Assembly (NCBI GenBank): GCA_002373935.1
Contig: DFKW01000003.1
Location: 10,498-74,497 of the forward strand
DNA length: 64,000 nt
Source of the DNA: Alphaproteobacteria bacterium UBA3635
GTDB lineage: Bacteria; Pseudomonadota; Alphaproteobacteria; Rs-D84
Direction of reading: 5' to 3'
Positions 1-9,095 of the stretch are shown in pieces. Below the pieces are notes generated by a model. It made no database searches and was not told the origin of the DNA. It saw nothing but the letters and a program-made list of their open reading frames with translations. The position numbers were made by a program, and so were the translations under genes. How positions within the stretch are numbered: the stretch's first letter is position 1; each line of letters starts with the position of its first letter.

Positions 1-1173
1 CGTGTTCACGACACGTTGGCACGTGGTCTGTCGGCGGAAATAACCACAATGATGAATTTTATTGATTCTGATAATTTGCCGGCGGCAAAAACAATGGCGG
101 GCGACATTGGCATAAATGTTTCTATTAATAAAAAATTAAATCGTCCGGCAAAAAACGATAACAAATCCATGATTACCGGACCATTGGCGAAACATTTACA
201 ATCAAAACTGAAACGTCACGCCGATATTTATATCGATCGCGGCGAACGATTGGTTTTTGTTGATGTTCCAACCAAAAGCGGCCAAATAGCCACATTTGGA
301 ACGTCCCTTTATCGCATTTATTCCACCAGTACCGAGGTTTTTATCCTCTGGCTGATTGGGTCTATGTTGATTGTGTGTATTTTGATTTCACCGTTTATAA
401 TTCTGCACTCGCGCAGTATTCGACGCATTTCAAATGCCGCCAACCGTTTTGGCCGTGGTTTGGATGCACCCGGATTCAAACCCAGTGGTTCATTGGAAAT
501 CCGAAACGCGGCGGCATCTATGATAACGATGAAGGAACGTATCGACCGGTATAATCGCACAAAAACAGATATGCTGAACGCGGTCAGCCACGACCTGAAA
601 GCGCCATTGACGCGCATGCGTTTGGCAATTGAAACCGATGCTGCCGATAAAAAAACATTGTTGCAAGATATTGACCGTATGACCGAAATGGTGAACGGGT
701 ATTTGGCATTTGCACGTGGTGAAACACCCGAAATTGAACAGGCAACCGAATTACCGCCAACCTTAATCAGATTGGCACGTGATGCGGCACCGAACAAAAA
801 AATAGAACTGGATTTACCGGACACACCAACACAGTTTTATGCACGTCCAATGGCACTGACGCGTGCTTTTGCAAACATCATTGAAAACGCGGCACGATAT
901 GCAAATAAAAAAATAAAAATCACCGAACACGACGGTCCAGAATCTATCGAGGTTATAATCGAAGACGACGGCATCGGTATCCCTGACAATCGCAAAGATG
1001 ATGCACTGCGTCCGTTTGTGCGCCTGGACGATGCCCGGGGCAGCGCCACCGGCGGAACGGGATTGGGGCTGTCGATTGCAAAAACCGCAATTGAAAACCA
1101 TGGCGGACAATTATTTTTGGAAAACAGCGACCTGGGTGGTTTGCGTGTCCGCATTGTTTTGCCAATTGAATAA
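1..1173 (+). CDS. Sensor histidine kinase, EnvZ-like (5' end outside window)
   Basis: The frame is open from base 1. It has a TM segment (VFILWLIGSMLIVCILISPFIIL) and a HAMP-like stretch. The H-box is SHDLKAPLTRM and the G2 box is GTGLGLSIAKTAIENHGG. Confidence 0.85.
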   Translation, partial: RVHDTLARGLSAEITTMMNFIDSDNLPAAKTMAGDIGINVSINKKLNRPAKNDNKSMITGPLAKHLQSKLKRHADIYIDRGERLVFVDVPTKSGQIATFGTSLYRIYSTSTEVFILWLIGSMLIVCILISPFIILHSRSIRRISNAANRFGRGLDAPGFKPSGSLEIRNAAASMITMKERIDRYNRTKTDMLNAVSHDLKAPLTRMRLAIETDAADKKTLLQDIDRMTEMVNGYLAFARGETPEIEQATELPPTLIRLARDAAPNKKIELDLPDTPTQFYARPMALTRAFANIIENAARYANKKIKITEHDGPESIEVIIEDDGIGIPDNRKDDALRPFVRLDDARGSATGGTGLGLSIAKTAIENHGGQLFLENSDLGGLRVRIVLPIE

Positions 1174-1211
1174 ATTTTTATAATTGTTAAAAAAACCAAG
1201 AGAATCACACA

Positions 1212-2921
1212 ATGAATTTATATAAATATGTATCAGATGCAATAAACGAAAAATTGGGCTTTGCTGCAAACTTGGAAATACCGCGGAATCGTGAGTTTGG
1301 CGATTTTTCAACAAATGCCGCAATGGTTGGTGCAAAATTGGCACACAAAAACCCGCGCGAATTGGCGGGCGAAATATTGCCAAAAATCCAAGAATTGGAT
1401 TTTGTTGACGCCGCAACTATTGCAGGTCCTGGTTTTATCAATATAAAAATTCGCGATGATTTTATCTTGAAAAATGCAACCGCACCGGCACCATACAAAA
1501 ACGAAACTCCATTGGTGATTGATATGGATTACGGCGCATATAACGTCGCGAAATCATTGCATATTGGACATTTGCGCACATCTATTGTTGGCGACACATT
1601 AAACAGAATATTTCGCTTTATGGGGCATAAAACCATTTCTTATAACCACATGGGCGACTGGGGCAGGTCTATGGGCATGGTTATCGCATGGATAAAAAGA
1701 ATCCATCCCGATTGGCCATTTTTCCAAAATAATTTTGATGCAAATATGGATTTATCAAAATATACATTTAGCCCATCCGAATTAAATACTTTTTATCCCC
1801 AGGCATCGGCATTGGCAAAACAAGACGAAAAATTTATGGATGATGTCCATACTATCACCGCCGAATTGCAACGGGGACATCCGGGTTATAATGCATTGTA
1901 TAATATATTTATGCCAATATCGTTAAAGTCCATGCATGACACAATTCATAAATTAAATATTTTGCCTTTTGATAATGACTTGGGCGAAAAAAATGCAGCA
2001 CTTTATGAGGCGCCCGTTGAAAAATTATTACGCGAAAAAAACTTGTTGGTCGAAAGCGATGGTGCCGAAATCGTTGTTGTAAAACGCGATACCGACACCG
2101 CACCAATGCCGCCGGTAATGTTTCATAACTCTCGCGGTGCAACAACATACGACGCAACCGACATTATGGCGATATATTACAGAAAGTTAACAGACAACCC
2201 GAATAAAATAATATATCTTACTGATTCAAGACAATCTTTGCATTTTGAGCAACTGTTTCGTATCGCGGAACTTACCGGTCTTTTTGATACAAAAAACCTG
2301 GAACACATCGGGTACGGAACAATTAACGGCGCCGACGGCAAACCGTTCAAAACACGCAGTGGCAACGCCGCCGATTTGGATGATATTATCCAGATTGCAA
2401 CCGACGCGGTTCGTGCGCGCGCATCTGAAAACAACAAAGAATTAGACGACGACACAATCGACACAATCGCAATCGCGGCGTTAAAATTCAATGATTTGAT
2501 ACACGATTTGCGCTCTGACTACATATTCGATCCTGATTCTGTCACCAGTTTCGAAGGTAAAACAGGTCCATACGTTTTATATACGGCCGTGCGTTTGAAT
2601 TCTGTGTTAAAACGCGCCACAAACACGCCAAAATTAAACAACCACATATTGTTGCCAGACGAACGCAATTTGCTGATGACGATTATGGATTTTGACAGAA
2701 CAATACAATCGGCATACGAAAATCGTGCAACCGACATGATTGCAAATTATGCGTACAACTTGTGCCAGTTAATAAATGCATTTTATCACAGTTGCCCAAT
2801 TTTGCGCGACGACATCGATGATGATACAAAACAATCCCGGCTGTATATCACAAAAATCGCCCGGGATACATTGGTGACCACCACCGACTTAATGGGGTTA
2901 AAAATACCGGACAAAATGTAA
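1212..2921 (+). CDS. argS: Arginyl-tRNA synthetase
   Basis: 569 aa, a class I aaRS with the HIGH motif (SLHIGHLRTSIVGD). The C-terminal anticodon-binding region is typical of ArgRS. Confidence 0.92.
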   Translation: MNLYKYVSDAINEKLGFAANLEIPRNREFGDFSTNAAMVGAKLAHKNPRELAGEILPKIQELDFVDAATIAGPGFINIKIRDDFILKNATAPAPYKNETPLVIDMDYGAYNVAKSLHIGHLRTSIVGDTLNRIFRFMGHKTISYNHMGDWGRSMGMVIAWIKRIHPDWPFFQNNFDANMDLSKYTFSPSELNTFYPQASALAKQDEKFMDDVHTITAELQRGHPGYNALYNIFMPISLKSMHDTIHKLNILPFDNDLGEKNAALYEAPVEKLLREKNLLVESDGAEIVVVKRDTDTAPMPPVMFHNSRGATTYDATDIMAIYYRKLTDNPNKIIYLTDSRQSLHFEQLFRIAELTGLFDTKNLEHIGYGTINGADGKPFKTRSGNAADLDDIIQIATDAVRARASENNKELDDDTIDTIAIAALKFNDLIHDLRSDYIFDPDSVTSFEGKTGPYVLYTAVRLNSVLKRATNTPKLNNHILLPDERNLLMTIMDFDRTIQSAYENRATDMIANYAYNLCQLINAFYHSCPILRDDIDDDTKQSRLYITKIARDTLVTTTDLMGLKIPDKM

Positions 2922-2932
2922 AAATAAAATTT

Positions 2933-2959
2933 AAAAACCGCCACTTAGGCGGTTTTTTT
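2933..2959. terminator. Bidirectional rho-independent terminator between argS and corA
   Basis: AAAAACCGCC-ACTTA-GGCGGTTTTTTT: a GC stem flanked by an A-run and a T-run, between convergent genes. Confidence 0.7.
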
Positions 2960-3845
2960 AACGCAAATTCTTGGTTTTGAACCAACTTAAAAACGCAAAA
3001 CTAATCAGCAATAATATTATTACCACGAATATCCCGGTTGCCGCAAACGGGGATTCTGCAAAAGGCAACGCCACATTCATACCATAATATCCGACAATCA
3101 CGGTTGGAATCACCAATACAATATTCCACATTGTTAAACGATTGATGTACCGGTTTGATTCCATATTTATAATACTTTCAAAGGTTTCTTTGATGGATTT
3201 TAACATTTTACTATAACTTGTCACAACCTCGGTTGCCTGGCCCAACTCAATTCTAACATCTTCTGATAATTCTTGTGCTTCGTCCGTTTTTATAAAGCCA
3301 CGCATTTTTTCCAATTTATCCAGCACCGAAACATTACCCTTGATACCCGCCATATACAGAGTATAACTGTTTTCAACCTCTAACAACGCCATCAAGTCAT
3401 ATTTAGAAACATTTTTCTGCAAACCTTTCTTGGTTGCCAAAACGCGCTTGTTTAACTCTTTCAAAAACCGCAAATAAGATTCCGCAATATAATACAAAAT
3501 ATTCAAAATAAAATCTTCACGAGATGTCTTTTCATCTTTTTTAATTTTATCCAACAAATCGCACCGTTTTCTACATACAGTAATTACACGATTTGGCGAA
3601 TAAATAATTGACAATGGCTCGGTATGCCACAAAGTATCATTTTCACGATTTATAATTGGGAAACGAACAATTATAACCTTGTAATCATCTTCGATTTCTA
3701 ATCTTGGTTGTTCATCAGGGTCCAAAATATCGATAATATTGTCTTCATCAATTTTATATTCTGATTGCAATCTTTCAAAATCATCATGGTCCGGATTACC
3801 GACATTTACCCATGAAAATGTTTTTAATTTTTCGGTGACAAACAT
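2958..3845 (-). CDS. corA: CorA-family Mg2+/Co2+ transporter
   Basis: 295 aa with two C-terminal TM helices. The signature YGMN motif is present (VGYYGMNVALPF). Confidence 0.85.
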   Translation of the reverse strand: MFVTEKLKTFSWVNVGNPDHDDFERLQSEYKIDEDNIIDILDPDEQPRLEIEDDYKVIIVRFPIINRENDTLWHTEPLSIIYSPNRVITVCRKRCDLLDKIKKDEKTSREDFILNILYYIAESYLRFLKELNKRVLATKKGLQKNVSKYDLMALLEVENSYTLYMAGIKGNVSVLDKLEKMRGFIKTDEAQELSEDVRIELGQATEVVTSYSKMLKSIKETFESIINMESNRYINRLTMWNIVLVIPTVIVGYYGMNVALPFAESPFAATGIFVVIILLLISFAFLSWFKTKNLR

Positions 3846-4011
3846 TTCAAAACCCCTTTGATAATACAGTTATAATTTTTCGCAATGCGACCATATATTT
3901 TACACCAAAATTATCTAAAAATCAAATATTCAAATGAAAATAAACTTATACATTACACATCTCCAAAACGCATACCATATTCAACCGTATAGAACCAAGG
4001 GAGATTTTTTC

Positions 4012-4443
4012 ATGAACGACACACCATCTGCGTTTTCTGTGGCACATTATGTATTGTTATTTTTGGTATCATGTTTATGCACCATTGCCGTTGTGTGGGT
4101 TTTGATTTCCGCCAACAATCGCGAAGCATCCCTGAACGACAAAATGTTGACCCAACATACACAACAAAACAAAACATGCCAACGCGCCGCCGCAGACCAA
4201 ATAACATCTATTTGGGAAATGCGCCCACACGAAATACCAAAACAATACTTATTGATGGAAAAGAACTATGCTAACAGAATTGTTCCTGTGCGAACAACCG
4301 GTGTTTGCAACGGCAAAAAATTTGTTTGTAAAATGGGGGATATTCGTGCGACATGCGACCCATGCGCGAAAAATTCTGCCCGCAAAAGGGCGATGTTTCA
4401 GCATATTTCCGACACAATTGACCAATTATGTGGTGACAAATAA
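4012..4443 (+). CDS. Hypothetical membrane-anchored Cys-containing protein
   Basis: The ORF is trimmed to the ATG preceded by AAGGGAG. There is one N-terminal TM helix (VLLFLVSCLCTIAVVWVLI). No recognisable domain. Confidence 0.5.
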   Translation: MNDTPSAFSVAHYVLLFLVSCLCTIAVVWVLISANNREASLNDKMLTQHTQQNKTCQRAAADQITSIWEMRPHEIPKQYLLMEKNYANRIVPVRTTGVCNGKKFVCKMGDIRATCDPCAKNSARKRAMFQHISDTIDQLCGDK

Positions 4444-4450
4444 AAAAGTC

Positions 4451-4481
4451 CTTGCGTCAAAATTTTTATTTTTGCTAGCAT
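4451..4481 (+). promoter_or_regulatory. Candidate promoter of the 1313-aa surface protein gene
   Basis: CTTGCG-N17-GCTAGCAT. The same architecture and flanking sequence recur upstream of the paralog at 9020-9050. Confidence 0.4.
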
Positions 4482-4527
4482 TTCTAACAAGAAAGGATTT
4501 TTTTGAAAAAAGTCAGGAGGAACCATC

Positions 4528-7500
4528 ATGTTAAATCGCTTGCGTTTGTTTATTGCGTTTATTTGTGCCGCCGCATGTTCTGTGGCGAATGCGTTACAAC
4601 CATCGGTTCGCGCCGGTTCTATCAGTATGAACGCCGGTGTAAAACCCGCATCAACATCCGTCACATCAACAACATCGACGCCCGCTGCATCCGGTAATAT
4701 CCAATTAAACACAAATCGCGGTTCTGCAACAAAATTCACCCCAAAAACCGTGACGGTTGCCGGCAACACAAACAACAATCAATCAACGGGCAGTGGCGTT
4801 TCATCCCAAGATTTACAAGACCTGCAAAACCAAATCAACGAATTGATTGATGCCCAAAAAAACCAGGTCACACGCGAATATGTTGATGAAACCGTAGAAT
4901 CAAACATATCGAAATTAAATGTGCCTGCAATCAGAACAACCGTATCAGACATACAATCTACAACGCAAAACCTGTCTGAATCGGTGAACACAATACAACA
5001 ACGGACAAACAATTACGAAAATACTTTGAACCAAGATGTTGATAATCGTTTAAAGGTTCGCGGCCTGATTGATAGCAATAATCAAATTCCATTTGCTCGC
5101 AAATCAGATATCGAACCAACCGTATTGGCACAAAACATTGTTGCCGACACGGCTGCCACCGCAACATTGGCGGATAAAATTCAACCATCAGAAAACGACA
5201 TCCGTAACATTATCACCGATGAATTGACCGATGTTGGGGTGTTAAAAAATGATGGAACATTGGATGTCGAAAAGAAAGGCCAGGTTGTTGTATCCGAAGC
5301 CACCGTCACAAACGCATTGCGTGATTCACAAAACTTCAAAACCATGGTGTCTGACGAAATCGCAACCAAGGGTTATGTGACCGAAACCGCATTAGAAGAT
5401 CGTGATTTTGTGACAAACACCGCATTAAATGCAAAAAATTTTGTCACACCTGATTCAGATACAATAAAAAATTTGGCAACAAAATCTGAAATTGCACCAA
5501 CGGCAATCGCGACCGCCATCGCGGGCAGTGCAACCGCCACCGCCGCATTAACCGGCAAAGTTGGTCCGGATGCAACCACGGTTGATAATATGATTGTTCA
5601 AAAATTAAAAGACAATGACATCATAACAAACGCCGGCGTATTAAATGTTGCGAAACGCGATGATGTGACGCCTGAAAAAATCGCAACCGCCATCGCGGGC
5701 AGTGCCGCCGCCAAATCGACATTATCTGGGGAAATAGGGCCCGATGAAAAATCTGTAAAAAATTTAATTGATTCGGATTTGAAAAATCGCGGCATTGTTG
5801 ATACGAACGGCAACCTGGCCATTGCCACAGACGCGCGTGTTTCTGCAATTTCCGGGGATGTTTCCACATTATCTGAAAAAATGGACACATTGTTAAAAGA
5901 CGAAAACACACCGGGGTCTATTGCAAACAAATTACAATCCGCAACCAATGGTTTAGTCAAAGAATCCGAAATAACCGCCGAAGAACTTGGCAAAAAATTG
6001 GATTCGAAATACGCATCCAAAACTTTGGAATCAACCGTTGCAAACATGAACGGTGACATAACAAATCAAAACAGTTTGTTATACAAAATCAAAAACAATT
6101 CTGAAATCCGCACCGCATTAAAGGGCGACAAAGGTGACGCCGGCACATCCGCAAACGCAACCGATGTTGCAAGTGCCTTGAAAACCGACACAACTTTCTT
6201 GCAATCTGTCAAAGGCGAAAAGGGTGACGCCGGTTCCGGTTTCAGTTTCAAAGGAAATGTTTCGTCAACATCCGCCATGCCACAATGCACAACCGAAACA
6301 CAAAGTCACGCATACTATAACACCACCGATGAATTGTTATATATTTGCAGTTGCACCAACAACACGTGCAAATATAACGGCGTTCCGTTCCGTGGTGAAA
6401 AGGGCGAGAAAGGTGACAATGGTATATCTGCGAAATCTGTTCAACAACAGTATTGCGAAGAAAACCTGGAAATAGTCAAGGCATTGTATTCATCCGTCAC
6501 AAATTCATCTGATTGTGCCGACGCGACTAAATTCAGTTATGCACAATACAGCGCAATTATGGGTGGCGCAAAAGCATACTGTTTGTCATTGACACAAAAC
6601 ACATTGGATTTAACAGGCGGTATCGGTAAAAAATTGGTAAAAACATTTGGATCTGAAAAAATGACGGAATTTAACCGTGCATCTAATGCCCAATCCAGAA
6701 TAAAATTGACTGGATTCCGCGCCGCCAAAGACGCAAACACAACAACGGACTTTATGACCGCGTGCGAGGCACGTTATAATGAAATTATGTCGGGCGAAGA
6801 TGGTACGGATGCCGAAACCGCATGGCACGCATATTGCGAGGCCGATGCCGAAGGTTTATCCAACACCAAAAATTTAACCTTGATTAAAAAATTATACCCG
6901 AGCAAGGCATTTACCAACGGGTGTGACGATTTCACCCAGGCCGAATATGCCGCAATCATTGGTGGGGCAGAATCGTTCTGTATGTCATTGACCAAGAATT
7001 TCAGCACGGTATCTTTGGACGATGGCATCGGATTACGCATGGCGAAATTATATGCGACAAAAAATTCTGTCACATTGAATGCCGCCAAGACACACTTGAA
7101 CAACAATGTTAAAAACGCCGCCATTATTGACCGTTTTGATACATCTAAAAAATTATTTGGTACCACATCTCTGAACCAGGCATGCATTGACAATTACAAC
7201 GCAATTATGTCGGGCACTGATGGCGATGATGGCGAAACCGCGTGGTATGCATGGTGCAACGCCAAAAACGACAACGATTCTTCTGTCACAAATTTGACAG
7301 CAATCATACAACCCTTATACGGCAACAGTAAAACATGTGACAACTTTACATCGTCCGAATACAACGCAATCCAGGGCGGGGCACGCGCATACTGTTTGTC
7401 TGTGATTCAATCGCCGGCAAAATTGGTTTCAACCGAAGGCATCGGCAAAAAATTAGAATCATCATTGGGTCGCGGCACGGTTGACTCTTTGAAACAAACA

Positions 7501-8469
7501 ACAAAACTGACCGACAGAATGGCGTTAAAAACATTTGGTGCATCCAAAAATCTGGACTTTGTAACCGCGTGCGAAGAAAAATACAACGAAATTATGTCGG
7601 GCACAGATGGCGCCGCTGGTGCCGACGGAAAATCCGCGGCCGAAACCTGGTGCGAGGCACATATCATAAAAAACAGCACTGTAAATGTTCGTTTATCTCC
7701 GGCAAAAATGGCGCGTGCATACGACAAATTGTCCAAAATTTCTTCTACATACGCCGCTAAAATCACATTGGATACAAACGCCGGAAATGGATATTTCACG
7801 GATATGGATGCGTGCCTGGCCGCGGTTGCCGCCGACCCAGATTTGATGGGTGGCGAATCCGAGGCCGACACAAAATACAATGAATTACAGGTGTCTGAAA
7901 TCAAGGCCGGTAAATTCACATTGGCCAACGCGTTCAGTGGATTAAGCACCCACCGCAGCGGTTTTCGTGACAATTATCTAAAAGGTGCTGCTGGTGCCGA
8001 CGGCGCAACGTTCACACCATCGTTTAATGCCACAACCGGGCAATTATCGTGGACATCCAGTAAATCCGATGTATCGGCACCGGCCGCAATGAAAGTCGCC
8101 AAAACAGATTCAGAATTGAATACATTGGCATTGACCGCGGTAAAAACCGGCCTGGGCGGATCATCTACGGACAACCTGTCCGATTTGGTCCAAGACAAAG
8201 CGATAACTATGGATGACCTGGCAAATTATATCAATGCAGGATTGTTGGTAATGGATTCAAATAACAAATTAAAATTTGATACAACCAACACCATAACCGT
8301 CAACAGTGCCCAACGTGCCAGCTTTGAAAAGATTGCCGGAAAAACCAACGGGACAATATATATTGACGATGGTTTGGGACAATGTTCGGTCGGTCAAACG
8401 GGGACATTGACAACGAACATAACTACGGGCCTGGCCAGAAAAACATCTTGTGGTAGCAGAAATAATTAA
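4528..8469 (+). CDS. Giant secreted repeat protein with collagen-like G-X-Y triplets and three Cys-containing modules (1313 aa)
   Basis: An AGGAGG RBS and a signal peptide (MLNRLRLFIAFICAAACSVANA) are present. It has ~65-aa repeats (..RGIVD.N..L.VA.K..). Collagen-like triplets are KGDKGDAG, KGEKGDAG and GEKGEKGDNG. It is a paralog of 9096-14480. Confidence 0.85.
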   Translation: MLNRLRLFIAFICAAACSVANALQPSVRAGSISMNAGVKPASTSVTSTTSTPAASGNIQLNTNRGSATKFTPKTVTVAGNTNNNQSTGSGVSSQDLQDLQNQINELIDAQKNQVTREYVDETVESNISKLNVPAIRTTVSDIQSTTQNLSESVNTIQQRTNNYENTLNQDVDNRLKVRGLIDSNNQIPFARKSDIEPTVLAQNIVADTAATATLADKIQPSENDIRNIITDELTDVGVLKNDGTLDVEKKGQVVVSEATVTNALRDSQNFKTMVSDEIATKGYVTETALEDRDFVTNTALNAKNFVTPDSDTIKNLATKSEIAPTAIATAIAGSATATAALTGKVGPDATTVDNMIVQKLKDNDIITNAGVLNVAKRDDVTPEKIATAIAGSAAAKSTLSGEIGPDEKSVKNLIDSDLKNRGIVDTNGNLAIATDARVSAISGDVSTLSEKMDTLLKDENTPGSIANKLQSATNGLVKESEITAEELGKKLDSKYASKTLESTVANMNGDITNQNSLLYKIKNNSEIRTALKGDKGDAGTSANATDVASALKTDTTFLQSVKGEKGDAGSGFSFKGNVSSTSAMPQCTTETQSHAYYNTTDELLYICSCTNNTCKYNGVPFRGEKGEKGDNGISAKSVQQQYCEENLEIVKALYSSVTNSSDCADATKFSYAQYSAIMGGAKAYCLSLTQNTLDLTGGIGKKLVKTFGSEKMTEFNRASNAQSRIKLTGFRAAKDANTTTDFMTACEARYNEIMSGEDGTDAETAWHAYCEADAEGLSNTKNLTLIKKLYPSKAFTNGCDDFTQAEYAAIIGGAESFCMSLTKNFSTVSLDDGIGLRMAKLYATKNSVTLNAAKTHLNNNVKNAAIIDRFDTSKKLFGTTSLNQACIDNYNAIMSGTDGDDGETAWYAWCNAKNDNDSSVTNLTAIIQPLYGNSKTCDNFTSSEYNAIQGGARAYCLSVIQSPAKLVSTEGIGKKLESSLGRGTVDSLKQTTKLTDRMALKTFGASKNLDFVTACEEKYNEIMSGTDGAAGADGKSAAETWCEAHIIKNSTVNVRLSPAKMARAYDKLSKISSTYAAKITLDTNAGNGYFTDMDACLAAVAADPDLMGGESEADTKYNELQVSEIKAGKFTLANAFSGLSTHRSGFRDNYLKGAAGADGATFTPSFNATTGQLSWTSSKSDVSAPAAMKVAKTDSELNTLALTAVKTGLGGSSTDNLSDLVQDKAITMDDLANYINAGLLVMDSNNKLKFDTTNTITVNSAQRASFEKIAGKTNGTIYIDDGLGQCSVGQTGTLTTNITTGLARKTSCGSRNN

Positions 8470-8479
8470 TTTTTAATAA

Positions 8480-8507
8480 AACCCCGGGGCAACCCGGGAA
8501 TTTTTTA
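8480..8507 (+). terminator. Rho-independent terminator
   Basis: CCCGG-GGCAAC-CCGGG hairpin followed by AATTTTTT. Confidence 0.6.
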
Positions 8508-8515
8508 TTACGATA

Positions 8516-8580
8516 ACGAAAACCTATTCCAATCGTCACACAAACAAAAATTAAAACCGCAAAAATGCGGTTTGAATTTT
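8516..8580. repeat. 65-bp direct repeat, copy A (contains the tRNA-Pro downstream terminator hairpin)
   Basis: ACGAAAACCTATTCCAATCGTCACACAAACAAAAATTAAAACCGCAAAAATGCGGTTTGAATTTT is identical to 8808-8872. Confidence 0.95.
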
Positions 8581-8612
8581 ATGGCTTGCCCACACATAGT
8601 TTTAACGAAGTG

Positions 8613-8642
8613 TGGTCGGGGTGACAGGAATCGAACCTGCGA
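8613..8642 (-). pseudogene. Orphan 30-nt copy of the tRNA-Pro 3' end (T-arm + acceptor + CCA)
   Basis: TGGTCGGGGTGACAGGAATCGAACCTGCGA is identical to 8873-8902 and then diverges. A shorter 25-nt copy lies at 8685-8709. Confidence 0.9.
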
Positions 8643-8807
8643 GTGCGTTTGCAACCCATCAAGTTTCTGCCATATTTACTTCATTGAATTTTTGGTCGGG
8701 GTGACAGGATTCCCTCGGCATAAATGCCTGCGGGGAAACCGTAACGATTTGATTGCGCTATGCTTATCAAATCTACTTGTTTTCGAACCAGCCATTGCGT
8801 TGCAATG

Positions 8808-8872
8808 ACGAAAACCTATTCCAATCGTCACACAAACAAAAATTAAAACCGCAAAAATGCGGTTTGAATTTT
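8808..8872. repeat. 65-bp direct repeat, copy B (terminator immediately 3' of tRNA-Pro)
   Basis: Identical to 8516-8580. On the minus strand it reads AAACCGCA-TTTT-TGCGGTTT followed by TAATTTTT. Confidence 0.95.
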
Positions 8873-8949
8873 TGGTCGGGGTGACAGGAATCGAACCTGC
8901 GACCCCTTGCACCCCATGCAAGTACTCTACCAGGCTGAGCTACACCCCG
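8873..8949 (-). tRNA. tRNA-Pro (anticodon GGG)
   Basis: Cloverleaf by eye. The acceptor is CGGGGTG/CACCCCG, the anticodon arm is CTTGC-ATGGGGT-GCAAG and the T-loop is TTCGATT. CCA is encoded. Confidence 0.92.
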
Positions 8950-9019
8950 ACAAACAATCGCATATTAAATCACAACCCAACAAAAAGCAATAAAAAATCA
9001 TTTACAAAACAAAAATACA

Positions 9020-9050
9020 CTTGCGTTGATGTTTTGTTTTTTTCTAACAT
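9020..9050 (+). promoter_or_regulatory. Candidate promoter of the 1794-aa surface protein gene
   Basis: CTTGCG-N17-TCTAACAT, followed by a ..CAGAAAGGATTATTTTG leader homologous to 4482-4506. Confidence 0.4.
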
Positions 9051-9095
9051 TTATATCAGAAAGGATTATTTTGCGACAAGCACAGGGGGAAGGAT

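Noticed and set aside
8470-9095. Integrated prophage or genomic island at tRNA-Pro.
   Set aside because: att-like duplications are present but no integrase, excisionase or cargo lies between or next to them, so only scars can be claimed.
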